Assembly (NCBI GenBank): GCA_964584335.1
Contig: CAZOZN010000003.1
Span: forward strand, 86,436-150,435
DNA from: an uncultured archaeon
GTDB taxonomy: Archaea > Aenigmatarchaeota > Aenigmatarchaeia > PWEA01 > JAGHBM01
Reading direction: 5' to 3'
DNA length: 64,000 bases
Shown piece after piece: positions 9,876 to 17,555 of the stretch. The first letter of the stretch is position 1, and each line of letters begins with the position of its first letter. A program made the translations under genes and the position numbers. The notes beneath the pieces were generated by a model. That model did no database searches and was not told where the DNA came from. It saw only the letters and a program-made list of their open reading frames with translations.

Positions 9876-10561
9876 TGAAAGTAGGTGGTTTTCAAAAGTT
9901 CTCTTTGATAGACTACCCCGGAAAGATTTGCTGTATTGTTTTTACTCAGGGTTGCAACTTTCGTTGCCCCTATTGTCATAATCCAGAATTGATTAATTTT
10001 AAGGAAAAAAGTTTAATAGATGATAATAAAATATTTAGTTTTTTGGAAAAGAGAAAGGGAAAGCTTGATGCTGTATGTATAACCGGAGGTGAACCCACTT
10101 TACAACCCGATTTGATAAATTTCATCAATAAAATAAAGGATATGGGTTATCTTGTTAAAATTGATTCTAACGGAACATCTCCTAAAACTTTGGAAAAGAT
10201 TATTAATATGGGAATTGTTGATTATTTCGCAATGGATTTTAAGTCACCTATAAAAAAGTATCATAATGTTGTAAATTCTTCTGTTGACAAAGAGGATATA
10301 ATAAAAAGCATGAATGTTATAATGAGTTCTGGTGTTGACTATGAGTTCAGGACTACTGTAGTAAAATCTCAGCTTTCTAAGAAAGATTTGATTGAAATAT
10401 CGAAAACCATAAAAGGTGCAAAATTGTATGTTTTGCAGAAATTTGTTCCATCACAAACTCTTGACCCTTCTTTCTCAAAAAAGAAAACTTATACTGATTC
10501 TGAGTTTAAAGAATTGAGGAAAGAAATCAAAAATTACGTAGAAAGATGTATAGTTCGATGA
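9875..10561 (+). CDS. nrdG: anaerobic ribonucleotide reductase activating protein, radical SAM
   Basis: CNFRCPYCHN (CxxxCxxC) near the N-terminus and GGEP motif; translationally coupled to the upstream mini-ORF. Confidence 0.85.
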   Translation: MKVGGFQKFSLIDYPGKICCIVFTQGCNFRCPYCHNPELINFKEKSLIDDNKIFSFLEKRKGKLDAVCITGGEPTLQPDLINFINKIKDMGYLVKIDSNGTSPKTLEKIINMGIVDYFAMDFKSPIKKYHNVVNSSVDKEDIIKSMNVIMSSGVDYEFRTTVVKSQLSKKDLIEISKTIKGAKLYVLQKFVPSQTLDPSFSKKKTYTDSEFKELRKEIKNYVERCIVR

Positions 10562-10592
10562 TTTTACCGACCATTAGCTTTAAATAGTATTA

Positions 10593-10650
10593 TGAATATA
10601 TATTCAATACATGTAATGAATAAGTATTCATTAAACTTTTAGAAAAGTTT
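10593..10650. promoter_or_regulatory. three consecutive perfect palindromes upstream of the DUF5320 operon
   Basis: TGAATATATATTCA (10593-10606), AATGAATAAGTATTCATT (10615-10632) and AAACTTTTAGAAAAGTTT (10633-10650); the first two share half-sites TGAATA-N2-TATTCA with centres 24 bp apart. Confidence 0.45.
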
Positions 10651-10687
10651 AATCAAAATCTAAAAAACAAAAAAGAGGTGATTTTAT

Positions 10688-10972
10688 ATGCCAAGAGGAG
10701 ATGGAACAGGACCTAATGGAATGGGACCCAGGACCGGAAGAGGCCTTGGATACTGTAATGGATATGATAACCCTGGGTTTAATAAAGGAATGCCCAGAGG
10801 TGGTGCAGGATTTGGCAGAGGTTTCAGAGCAAGAAGATTCTGGAATGAGCCAACATATCCCCAGAGAATTACAAAAGAAGAAGAAAAAAGAATGCTAGAA
10901 GACGAGAAGAAATACATAGAAAATGAACTTAATGATATAAAGAAAAGACTTGATGAAATCAAAAAAGAATAA
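10688..10972 (+). CDS. DUF5320-family glycine-rich small protein with C-terminal coiled coil
   Basis: MPRGDGTGPNGMGPRTGRGLGYCNGY N-terminal signature, RGF/GRG repeats, K/E-rich helical tail; RBS GAGGTG. Confidence 0.6.
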   Translation: MPRGDGTGPNGMGPRTGRGLGYCNGYDNPGFNKGMPRGGAGFGRGFRARRFWNEPTYPQRITKEEEKRMLEDEKKYIENELNDIKKRLDEIKKE

Positions 10973-10989
10973 TTTGGAGGTGATTTTAT

Positions 10990-11223
10990 ATGCCAAGAGG
11001 AGATAGAAAAGGTCCTGATGGTTTGGGACCAAAAACAGGCAGGTCACTTGGTTTTTGCTCTGGTGAAGATACTCCAGGATACGTAAGCAATCTTCCCGGA
11101 ATGGGAATGGGAAGAGGACCAAGAGACGGAAGAGGCCGAGGAAGAGGTTTCGGCAATTCCGAGTACAATCCCAGAGGAGAAAGAAGACCAAGAGACGGAA
11201 GAGGCCGAGGATACAGGGATTAA
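10990..11223 (+). CDS. DUF5320-family paralog
   Basis: MPRGDRKGPDGLGPKTGRSLGFCSGE; the RBS and first ~25 nt are identical to the upstream paralog (GAGGTGATTTTATATGCCAAGAGGAGAT). Confidence 0.6.
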   Translation: MPRGDRKGPDGLGPKTGRSLGFCSGEDTPGYVSNLPGMGMGRGPRDGRGRGRGFGNSEYNPRGERRPRDGRGRGYRD

Positions 11224-11224
11224 A

Positions 11225-11647
11225 ATGGACGAAAAATTAAGAAAAAGCATAAAGAAATCAGCCAAGTCTCTTTGGAACACAATTCCAGTGTTGGCCGGAG
11301 TTGTTTTATTTGTTAGTCTGGCCAATGCTGTTATACCTAAATCATCATATTCAATAATATTCACGGGAAACATTATTTCAGATTCTTTCATTGGCGGAGC
11401 TCTGGGCAGCATACTTGCGGGCAACCCCGTTACGAGTTACGTTCTCGGAGGAGAATTCCTTAACCAGGGTGTCAGCCTGATTGCGGTAACAGCCTTTCTG
11501 GTTTCATGGGTTACTGTTGGTTTTGTCCAGCTTCCGGCGGAATCTCTTTTGCTTGGAAAAAAGTTTTCAATTCTAAGAAATTTGACAAGTTTCATATTTT
11601 CAATAATTGTCGCAATAATAACGGTTTTTGTGGTGGGGTTAATATGA
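11225..11647 (+). CDS. predicted permease, first half (4 TM)
   Basis: Hydrophobic 140-aa protein; stop overlaps the next ATG (ATGA at 11644-11647). Confidence 0.45.
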   Translation: MDEKLRKSIKKSAKSLWNTIPVLAGVVLFVSLANAVIPKSSYSIIFTGNIISDSFIGGALGSILAGNPVTSYVLGGEFLNQGVSLIAVTAFLVSWVTVGFVQLPAESLLLGKKFSILRNLTSFIFSIIVAIITVFVVGLI

Positions 11648-12153
11648 AAAAAGAAAAAAGTTACACGTCCTGGTGCTTTTTGGCAATTGTTTTAGTTTTG
11701 TATGCAGGATACTGGTTTTTCAGTCCTGCTAATGTCATGAGCGCATTGAATTTTGGTTTCGGTATATTGAAGAACATAATCCCCGTTTTTGTTTTGATAT
11801 TTGTTTTGATGGTTGCTATCAATTATTGGATGGACCCAAAAAAAGTAACTAAACATTTGGGGAGTTCTTCAGGATACAAAAGATGGTTTTTTGCTGTTTT
11901 AGGAGGAATACTTTCTACCGGACCCATATATATGTGGTATCCAATTCTGAAGGAACTCAAGAAGAAAGGAGTTAATTACGGTTTTGTTGCAACGTTCCTT
12001 TACAACCGGGCCATAAAACCGCCTCTCTTGCCTCTGATAATATATTACTTTGGTCTCAAGTTTACTATAGTTCTTACTGTTGTAATGATGATTTTCTCGG
12101 TTTTGCAGGGAATTATTTTTGAAAAAATTGATGAAAGGGGTGTTTTAAAATGA
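11644..12153 (+). CDS. predicted permease, second half (4-5 TM)
   Basis: Start chosen at the ATG at 11644 (MKKEKSYTSWCF...) rather than the track's upstream frame-overlapping start; multi-TM. Confidence 0.45.
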   Translation: MKKEKSYTSWCFLAIVLVLYAGYWFFSPANVMSALNFGFGILKNIIPVFVLIFVLMVAINYWMDPKKVTKHLGSSSGYKRWFFAVLGGILSTGPIYMWYPILKELKKKGVNYGFVATFLYNRAIKPPLLPLIIYYFGLKFTIVLTVVMMIFSVLQGIIFEKIDERGVLK

Positions 12154-12265
12154 AAAACAACAAAACAAGTTTTGAATTTTTCACTTTTTATGGAGGTGTT
12201 TTAAAATGAAAAACAACAAAACAAGTTTTGAATTTTTCAATTCTTATAGGGGTGTTTTAAAATGA
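12137..12265 (+). repeat. 56-bp tandem duplication (2.3 copies) of the permease 3' end plus the nifX-like RBS and start, creating two 19-codon coupled uORFs
   Basis: Units GGTGTTTTAAAATGAAAAACAACAAAACAAGTTTTGAATTTTTCA at 12138-12193 and 12194-12249, plus a partial third. uORFs at 12150-12209 and 12206-12265 (MKNNKTSFEFF...GVLK) each end in ATGA overlapping the next start. Confidence 0.7.
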
Positions 12266-12564
12266 AAATAGCAATTTCGTCTAAAGGCAAAGACGAGGAT
12301 TCTGAAGTAAGCAAGGTTAGCGGTAGAGCTCCTTATTACTTGATTTTTGAAGATTGTAATTTGGTGAAATCAATCAAAAATCCTTTCAGGATAGGCGGTG
12401 GCGGTGCTGGTTTTAGTGTTGTAGAAATGCTTGCAGAAGAAAACGTAGGTTTGGTTTTAAGTGGAAATTTTGGTCATAACATGAAAAAGGCTCTTGATGA
12501 TAAGGGAATATCTTATAAGGAGATTTCATGTATTAAAATAAGGGAAGCTTTAATGGAGGTTTAA
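12262..12564 (+). CDS. NifX/NifB-like dinitrogenase FeMo-cofactor-binding family protein
   Basis: MKIAISSKGKDEDSEVSKVSGRAPYYLIFE... fold signature; GGGGAG loop. Confidence 0.7.
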   Translation: MKIAISSKGKDEDSEVSKVSGRAPYYLIFEDCNLVKSIKNPFRIGGGGAGFSVVEMLAEENVGLVLSGNFGHNMKKALDDKGISYKEISCIKIREALMEV

Positions 12565-12566
12565 TA

Positions 12567-12926
12567 ATGAAAGTTGCGATTCCTACAAAGGGAGATGGCG
12601 GTTTGGATAGTGTTGTGGGTGAACATTTTGGCAGGGTACCAAATTACACTATAGTTGATATGGGAGAAAAAAAGATTTGCGTAGTTTCTAATACAAGTTC
12701 TCACAAAGGCGGTAAGGGATATCCTCCAGAGATAATGAAAGAAAATGATGTAGATGTTATGATATGTAGGGATATTGGCAGTCGTGCCGTATCTATTTTT
12801 AAAGAAATGGGTATAAAGGTTTTTATAGGAGCCAAAGGAACTGCAAAGAATGCTTTAGATGATTTTAAAGAAGGTAGATTAAAATCTGCAGACACAGAAC
12901 ATGTTTGCAGGGGACACATGAGTTGA
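12567..12926 (+). CDS. NifX/NifB-like family paralog
   Basis: MKVAIPTKGDGGLDSVVGEHFGRVPNYTIVD is the canonical motif of this family. Confidence 0.7.
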   Translation: MKVAIPTKGDGGLDSVVGEHFGRVPNYTIVDMGEKKICVVSNTSSHKGGKGYPPEIMKENDVDVMICRDIGSRAVSIFKEMGIKVFIGAKGTAKNALDDFKEGRLKSADTEHVCRGHMS

Positions 12927-12930
12927 TTAT

Positions 12931-13383
12931 ATGCCGAGACCTAAAAGGATGAGAAGAATAGCTGGTATGCCTGGATTCACGCATTTTGCTCCCCGTGGTT
13001 TTAGAGCAAAAGAGGAAGTGATTCTCACAGTTGGTGAGTACGAGGCAATAAGGCTCAAAGACCATGAAGGTTTGGGTCAGAAAGATGCTGCCAAAAAGAT
13101 GAGTGTTTCCCAACCTACTTTTAATCGCATACTTAAATCTGCCAGAGAGAAGCTTGCTGAGTTTCTTGTTGAAGGCAGGATTATAAGAATAGAAGGGGGT
13201 GATTATAAAATGATTAGGCCAAGAAGAGGTGCTGGTCCCGGTAGAGGAAGAATGGGTGGAATTGGTGCAGGACCTATTGGAGAATGTATATGTCCTAAAT
13301 GTGGTCATAAATCTCCTCATAGACCAGGTTTGCCGTGTTATGAACAAAAATGTCCAAAGTGCGGAGAAATGATGACAAGATAA
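12931..13383 (+). CDS. DUF134/UPF0251 predicted DNA-binding protein with C-terminal glycine-rich segment and zinc ribbon
   Basis: MPRPKRMRRIAGMPGFTHFAPRG...VILTVGEYEAIRLKDHEGLGQKDAAKKMSVSQPTFNRILKSAREK (sigma-70 r4-like HTH); C-terminus GAGPGRGRMGGIGAGP then CPKCGH...CPKCGE. Confidence 0.65.
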   Translation: MPRPKRMRRIAGMPGFTHFAPRGFRAKEEVILTVGEYEAIRLKDHEGLGQKDAAKKMSVSQPTFNRILKSAREKLAEFLVEGRIIRIEGGDYKMIRPRRGAGPGRGRMGGIGAGPIGECICPKCGHKSPHRPGLPCYEQKCPKCGEMMTR

Positions 13384-13410
13384 TAAGTTTTTAATTTAGG
13401 TGGTATCTTT

Positions 13411-13803
13411 ATGAAAGATAGTGTTATTGTTAAAAATTTTCTAAATAAGAAAAATATATTTGCTGTTGTGGGCGCATCCAGAAATAAGGATAAGTACGGC
13501 TATAAAGTTTACATAGACCTTAGGAATTCTGGATACAACGTTTACCCTGTTAACCCCAACACAGAGGAAGTTATTGGTGATAAATGTTATCCTTCTCTGG
13601 ACAGTCTTCCGGAAAAGCCCGATGTAGTTAGTTTTGTAGTACCTCCAAAAACTACTGAGAAAGTTCTTGTCGATTGCAAGAAACTTGGAATAAAAAAAGT
13701 TTGGTTACAGCCTGGCTCTGAATCAAAAAATGCAATAAATTTTTGCAGGCAAAATAATATAGAAATATTAAATAATTTATGTATAATGATAGAGAGTAAG
13801 TGA
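13411..13803 (+). CDS. CoA-binding domain protein (YccU-like)
   Basis: FAVVGASRNKDKYGYKVYIDLRNSGYNVYPVNP. Confidence 0.6.
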   Translation: MKDSVIVKNFLNKKNIFAVVGASRNKDKYGYKVYIDLRNSGYNVYPVNPNTEEVIGDKCYPSLDSLPEKPDVVSFVVPPKTTEKVLVDCKKLGIKKVWLQPGSESKNAINFCRQNNIEILNNLCIMIESK

Positions 13804-14381
13804 GTCTGATGGATAGGGATAAAAAAATTAAAAAACTTATTGAGGAGGTTGAAAACTGTAAAAAGTGCAATCTCCATAAAAACAGAAAAAATGCCATAAC
13901 TGGCGAGGGTTCTTTATCTGCTGATGTTCTTTTTATAGGGGAGGCTCCTGGTTATTGGGAAGATGTAAAAAAGAGACCTTTTGTTGGCAGGTCTGGAAAA
14001 GTTCTTGATAAATTGATTGAATCGGCTGGCCTAAAAAGAGAAGATGTTTACATAACAAACATACTGAAATGCAGGCCGCCTGAAAACAGAAACCCAAAAG
14101 AAACTGAAATAAAAGAATGTTCTTCCTATCTTGACAGGCAGATTGCGATAATTAGACCTAAAGTAATAGCCACTTTGGGTAGTTTTTCTACTAATCATAT
14201 TTTCGATAAGTTTTGTCTTAAAAAGGAAAGGATAAGCGATGTTCACGGCAAAGTATTTGAGGCAAATACCATATTTGGAAATATAAAAATAATACCTCTT
14301 TACCATCCTGCTGTTGCCGTATATAACTCAGTTAGTATAGAGGAGCTAAAGAAGGATTTTAAGTCTCTAAATAATATCTAG
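13800..14381 (+). CDS. udg: uracil-DNA glycosylase, family 4
   Basis: CKKCNLHKNR cysteines, GEAPGYWED and PFVGRSGKVLD motifs. Confidence 0.8.
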   Translation: MSLMDRDKKIKKLIEEVENCKKCNLHKNRKNAITGEGSLSADVLFIGEAPGYWEDVKKRPFVGRSGKVLDKLIESAGLKREDVYITNILKCRPPENRNPKETEIKECSSYLDRQIAIIRPKVIATLGSFSTNHIFDKFCLKKERISDVHGKVFEANTIFGNIKIIPLYHPAVAVYNSVSIEELKKDFKSLNNI

Positions 14382-14822
14382 TATCTCTTTTCTAAGTTTT
14401 ATGTTGTTTATTTTTCCTATTCTGTTCTTTTCGATTATGCCCCTTTCTTCAAATTTTTTTATTATTCTTGATACTTTTACCTTTGCAAGCCCGGTTTCTC
14501 TCACTATCTCTGCCTGTCCTAATTCCTTATTATCTATTAATTTTTTTAATACTTTCCTTTCATCACCTTCCACAAAATCAAGTAGAACGTTTTTATCTAT
14601 TTTTTTATTCTCGAATCTTGGGGAAAACATGTAATATATAAGAGTTCCTATAAAAAGTCCTATTGATGCTATAAATGGTATGAAAATTGGTATTGGTATG
14701 AAACATCCACAAGCATTTCCTGAGGATATTTCTGTCTGGACATAGAGTGAGCTTACCGCTACTACAAGTACGAATATGGATATAAGCATTATACCTAGTA
14801 CTATTTTTTTGGAATCATCCAT
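14367..14822 (-). CDS. membrane-anchored winged-helix transcriptional regulator
   Basis: Two N-terminal TM segments, then LGQAEIVRETGLAKVKVSRIIKKFEERGII (MarR/TrmB-like wHTH). Confidence 0.45.
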   Translation of the reverse strand: MDDSKKIVLGIMLISIFVLVVAVSSLYVQTEISSGNACGCFIPIPIFIPFIASIGLFIGTLIYYMFSPRFENKKIDKNVLLDFVEGDERKVLKKLIDNKELGQAEIVRETGLAKVKVSRIIKKFEERGIIEKNRIGKINNIKLRKEILDII

Positions 14823-14841
14823 AGTTTCATATTATGAAACT
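14823..14841. promoter_or_regulatory. 19-bp perfect palindrome AGTTTCATATTATGAAACT in a divergent promoter region
   Basis: Lies immediately 5' of the regulator ATG at 14820-14822 and 35 bp upstream of the dsbA-like start; an extra half-site AGTTTCAT sits at 14853-14860. Confidence 0.45.
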
Positions 14842-14875
14842 TAAATATATATATAGTTTCATTTAAAGTGGTAGT

Positions 14876-15679
14876 ATGAAAATAAAAATTTTAATAATAA
14901 TGGCTTTCTTAATAGCCTTTATTCCATACGTTTCCGCTAGTAGTGTCTGTACTGTATATTTTACAGGAGTTGGATGTCCTCATTGTGCAAATTCTGACCC
15001 ATTTTTGATGGAAGAGGTTACGAATTCGTATAAAGATTTTGTTATGATAGAATATGAGATATATCAACAAAGGGAAAATTCTGAAATACTTTTAAGTTAT
15101 GATAAGAAATATGGAACAGGAATGGGTGTACCATTGATAATTTTTGACAGCGATACTTCATTTATTGGAGACAAACCCATATTAGAGAATACTGAAGAAT
15201 CCATAAAATATACTAACGGTAGTGGTTGTCTGCTTCTAAACATTTCTTTACCTTTTGAAGAATTAAATCTAAATGAACTTCCAGGACTCCCTAAAATATG
15301 GTCTAACGGAAAGATTTTAATTAAGAAGTCAGAAGGTAAAATGGACGAAGAAAAAATGGAAATTGTAAAAGATTTAATGTTTTCTGATAATTTCCCGAGA
15401 GATATAGACAAATATTTGCTTAAAGAAGGCAGTTGTGATGAATATTTTGTAGATTCTTGCTTGGAAAAAGTTGAACCAGAAGCAGTTCCTCTTTCGGGCA
15501 AGTCAGTTTATTTTAGTGATGCTGTAAATATTGGAGGAAATTGGGTATTACAGTACAACACCGGAGAGTATAATCCTCCGGAAGAAGAGTCCTTCAATTA
15601 CATTTACGTTATAATACCGATTTTGGTTGGCTTGTTGATAGGATTCGGATTGCCATTTTTAAAGAGAGGTGGTAAATAA
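14876..15679 (+). CDS. exported DsbA-like thiol-disulfide oxidoreductase with C-terminal membrane anchor
   Basis: Signal peptide; VYFTGVGCPHCANSDPF (CPHC active site as in DsbA); C-terminal TM plus KRGGK. Confidence 0.5.
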   Translation: MKIKILIIMAFLIAFIPYVSASSVCTVYFTGVGCPHCANSDPFLMEEVTNSYKDFVMIEYEIYQQRENSEILLSYDKKYGTGMGVPLIIFDSDTSFIGDKPILENTEESIKYTNGSGCLLLNISLPFEELNLNELPGLPKIWSNGKILIKKSEGKMDEEKMEIVKDLMFSDNFPRDIDKYLLKEGSCDEYFVDSCLEKVEPEAVPLSGKSVYFSDAVNIGGNWVLQYNTGEYNPPEEESFNYIYVIIPILVGLLIGFGLPFLKRGGK

Positions 15680-16377
15680 TGGAAGAACTTACAATTGCAA
15701 AAATAATTTCTTTGGCGGCTGTTGATGCTGTAAATCCTTGTGCTCTTGCTGTCTTGAGTCTCATGCTGATAGCTATAATAACTTATAACCCAAAGAACAG
15801 AAAGAACATAATACTTGCGGGAACAGCTTTTAGCTTGTCTGTTTTTGTTATGTATTTCTTTTATGGTATTATTATAGTAAAATTTTTCCAGTTTGTTCAG
15901 GCTGTAACTTCCATAAGGATTATGCTTTACAATATACTTGGAGGAGTTGCTATAATTCTGGGAATATTGAATATCAAGGATTTCTTTTACTATAAGCCCG
16001 GTGGGCTTGGAACTGAGATGCCAATGTTCCTTAGGCCAAAGGTTAAAAAAATAATAAATGGCATAACGTCACCAAAAGGAGCTTTTCTTATAGGAGCTTT
16101 TGTTACCTTATTTTTGCTGCCTTGTACAATAGGTCCATATGTAATAGCAGGAGGAATACTTTCTGAATTTGAAATTTTTTCCATTGCTCCCTGGCTTATT
16201 TTGTATAACCTTATATTCATTATACCCATGTTTTTAATAACTTTAATTGTTTATGCAGGCATAACAAAGGTTGAAAATGTTTCTGAATGGAAAGATAAAA
16301 ACATAAAATATTTGCATTTAATATCCGGTTTAATAATATTTGTTTTAGGTGTTGCAATGGTTATGGGATGGGTTTAA
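15679..16377 (+). CDS. ccdA: CcdA/DsbD-family transmembrane thiol-disulfide electron transfer protein
   Basis: AVDAVNPCALAVLSLML and LLPCTIGPY (two conserved membrane cysteines); 6 TM. Confidence 0.7.
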   Translation: MEELTIAKIISLAAVDAVNPCALAVLSLMLIAIITYNPKNRKNIILAGTAFSLSVFVMYFFYGIIIVKFFQFVQAVTSIRIMLYNILGGVAIILGILNIKDFFYYKPGGLGTEMPMFLRPKVKKIINGITSPKGAFLIGAFVTLFLLPCTIGPYVIAGGILSEFEIFSIAPWLILYNLIFIIPMFLITLIVYAGITKVENVSEWKDKNIKYLHLISGLIIFVLGVAMVMGWV

Positions 16378-16418
16378 GACTTATTTAATATATAAAAAAC
16401 AATAATATATGTGGGGTT

Positions 16419-17162
16419 ATGGACGTATTAATTTGGATATTAGGCAGTACTTTTGCTATGAGTCTTATTGCCTGGATAGGTATATTTGCTCTTGCCTTTA
16501 ATGAAAAAACATTAAAAAAAATAATTCTTTTTTTAGTAGCGTTTTCAGCTGGTTCTCTTATAGGAGGGGCCTTTCTTCATCTTATACCGGAGTCAATAAA
16601 CAAGTCGGGCAATCAAATAGATATTTTCTTGTGGATTTTGTTTGGTTTTTCCATTTTTTTCTTGATGGAGCAGTTTCTTCAATGGCACCATTGCCACAAA
16701 GTACCTTCCGAGCACAAGAAACCTGTTACATATCTTATTTTAGTATCTGACGCTTTGCATAATTTTATAGGAGGGCTTGCAATAGCAGGTTCTTTTTTGG
16801 TTAATATTCAAACGGGAATAATAACTTGGATTGCGGCAGCCGCACACGAGATACCCCAGGAACTGGGCGACTTTGGGATACTTGTTCATGGAGGTTGGTC
16901 TAAAAATAAGGCATTACTTTTTAATTTCTTTTCAGCTCTTACAATAGTTCCTGCTGCTTTAATAGTTTACTTTGTTTCTTCTGGAATAGATACAACTTTC
17001 TTGTTGCCTTTTGCTGCTGGAAATTTTATTTACATAGCATCCTCTGATTTAATACCTGAGGTTAAAAGCGGTGAAAGTTTAAGTAAAGGTATTGCTTATT
17101 TTATTTTTTTCCTATTGGGACTTTCTCTGATGTTGTTGGTTAAATTTACTTTTGGTGGTTGA
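16419..17162 (+). CDS. zupT: ZIP-family divalent metal transporter (ZupT-like)
   Basis: HNFIGGLAIAGSF and AAAHEIPQELGDFGIL motifs; His-rich loop HHCHKVPSEHKK. Confidence 0.8.
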   Translation: MDVLIWILGSTFAMSLIAWIGIFALAFNEKTLKKIILFLVAFSAGSLIGGAFLHLIPESINKSGNQIDIFLWILFGFSIFFLMEQFLQWHHCHKVPSEHKKPVTYLILVSDALHNFIGGLAIAGSFLVNIQTGIITWIAAAAHEIPQELGDFGILVHGGWSKNKALLFNFFSALTIVPAALIVYFVSSGIDTTFLLPFAAGNFIYIASSDLIPEVKSGESLSKGIAYFIFFLLGLSLMLLVKFTFGG

Positions 17163-17555
17163 TTGAAAGGAACTTATATAATACTAATGATGAAGAAGGA
17201 CAATTCTGATATAGAGATAGGCAGCCTTGGTAAAATTGAGTTTTTGAGAGGTATTTATGCTTATGTCGGGTCTGCAATGAATGGTTTGGAGAATAGGGTA
17301 GGAAGACACTTAAACAAAAAAAATAAAAAGTTTTGGCATATAGACTATTTTTTGGGCTATCCCAAGGTTAGTATAGTTCAAATTTACTATAAGAAGTCAA
17401 TAAAAAAGGATGAGTGTAAAGTAGCTGAAAAGGTCTCAAAATATGGCGAACCTGTTAAAGGCTTTGGATGTTCGGACTGCAAATGCCAAAGCCATCTATT
17501 CAGAATAAACAAGAAATTCAATCCCAAGAAATGGCCTTACTGGAAAATATACTAG
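17163..17555 (+). CDS. DUF123 (GIY-YIG-like) domain protein
   Basis: GIYAYVGSAMNGLENRVGRH and HIDYFL motifs. Confidence 0.45.
   Translation: MKGTYIILMMKKDNSDIEIGSLGKIEFLRGIYAYVGSAMNGLENRVGRHLNKKNKKFWHIDYFLGYPKVSIVQIYYKKSIKKDECKVAEKVSKYGEPVKGFGCSDCKCQSHLFRINKKFNPKKWPYWKIY

Noticed and set aside
10684-11424. Minus-strand and alternate-frame ORFs (10684-10962, 10701-10898, 10895-11191, 10986-11168, 11044-11424) over the DUF5320 genes.
   Set aside because: They are proline/low-complexity mirror images of the Gly-rich DUF5320 coding strand. The RBS-preceded plus-strand paralogs explain the region.
11506-11643. Track start at 11506 for the second permease ORF.
   Set aside because: It overlaps the upstream gene by 140 nt in another frame. 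The internal ATG at 11644 forms a typical ATGA coupling junction.
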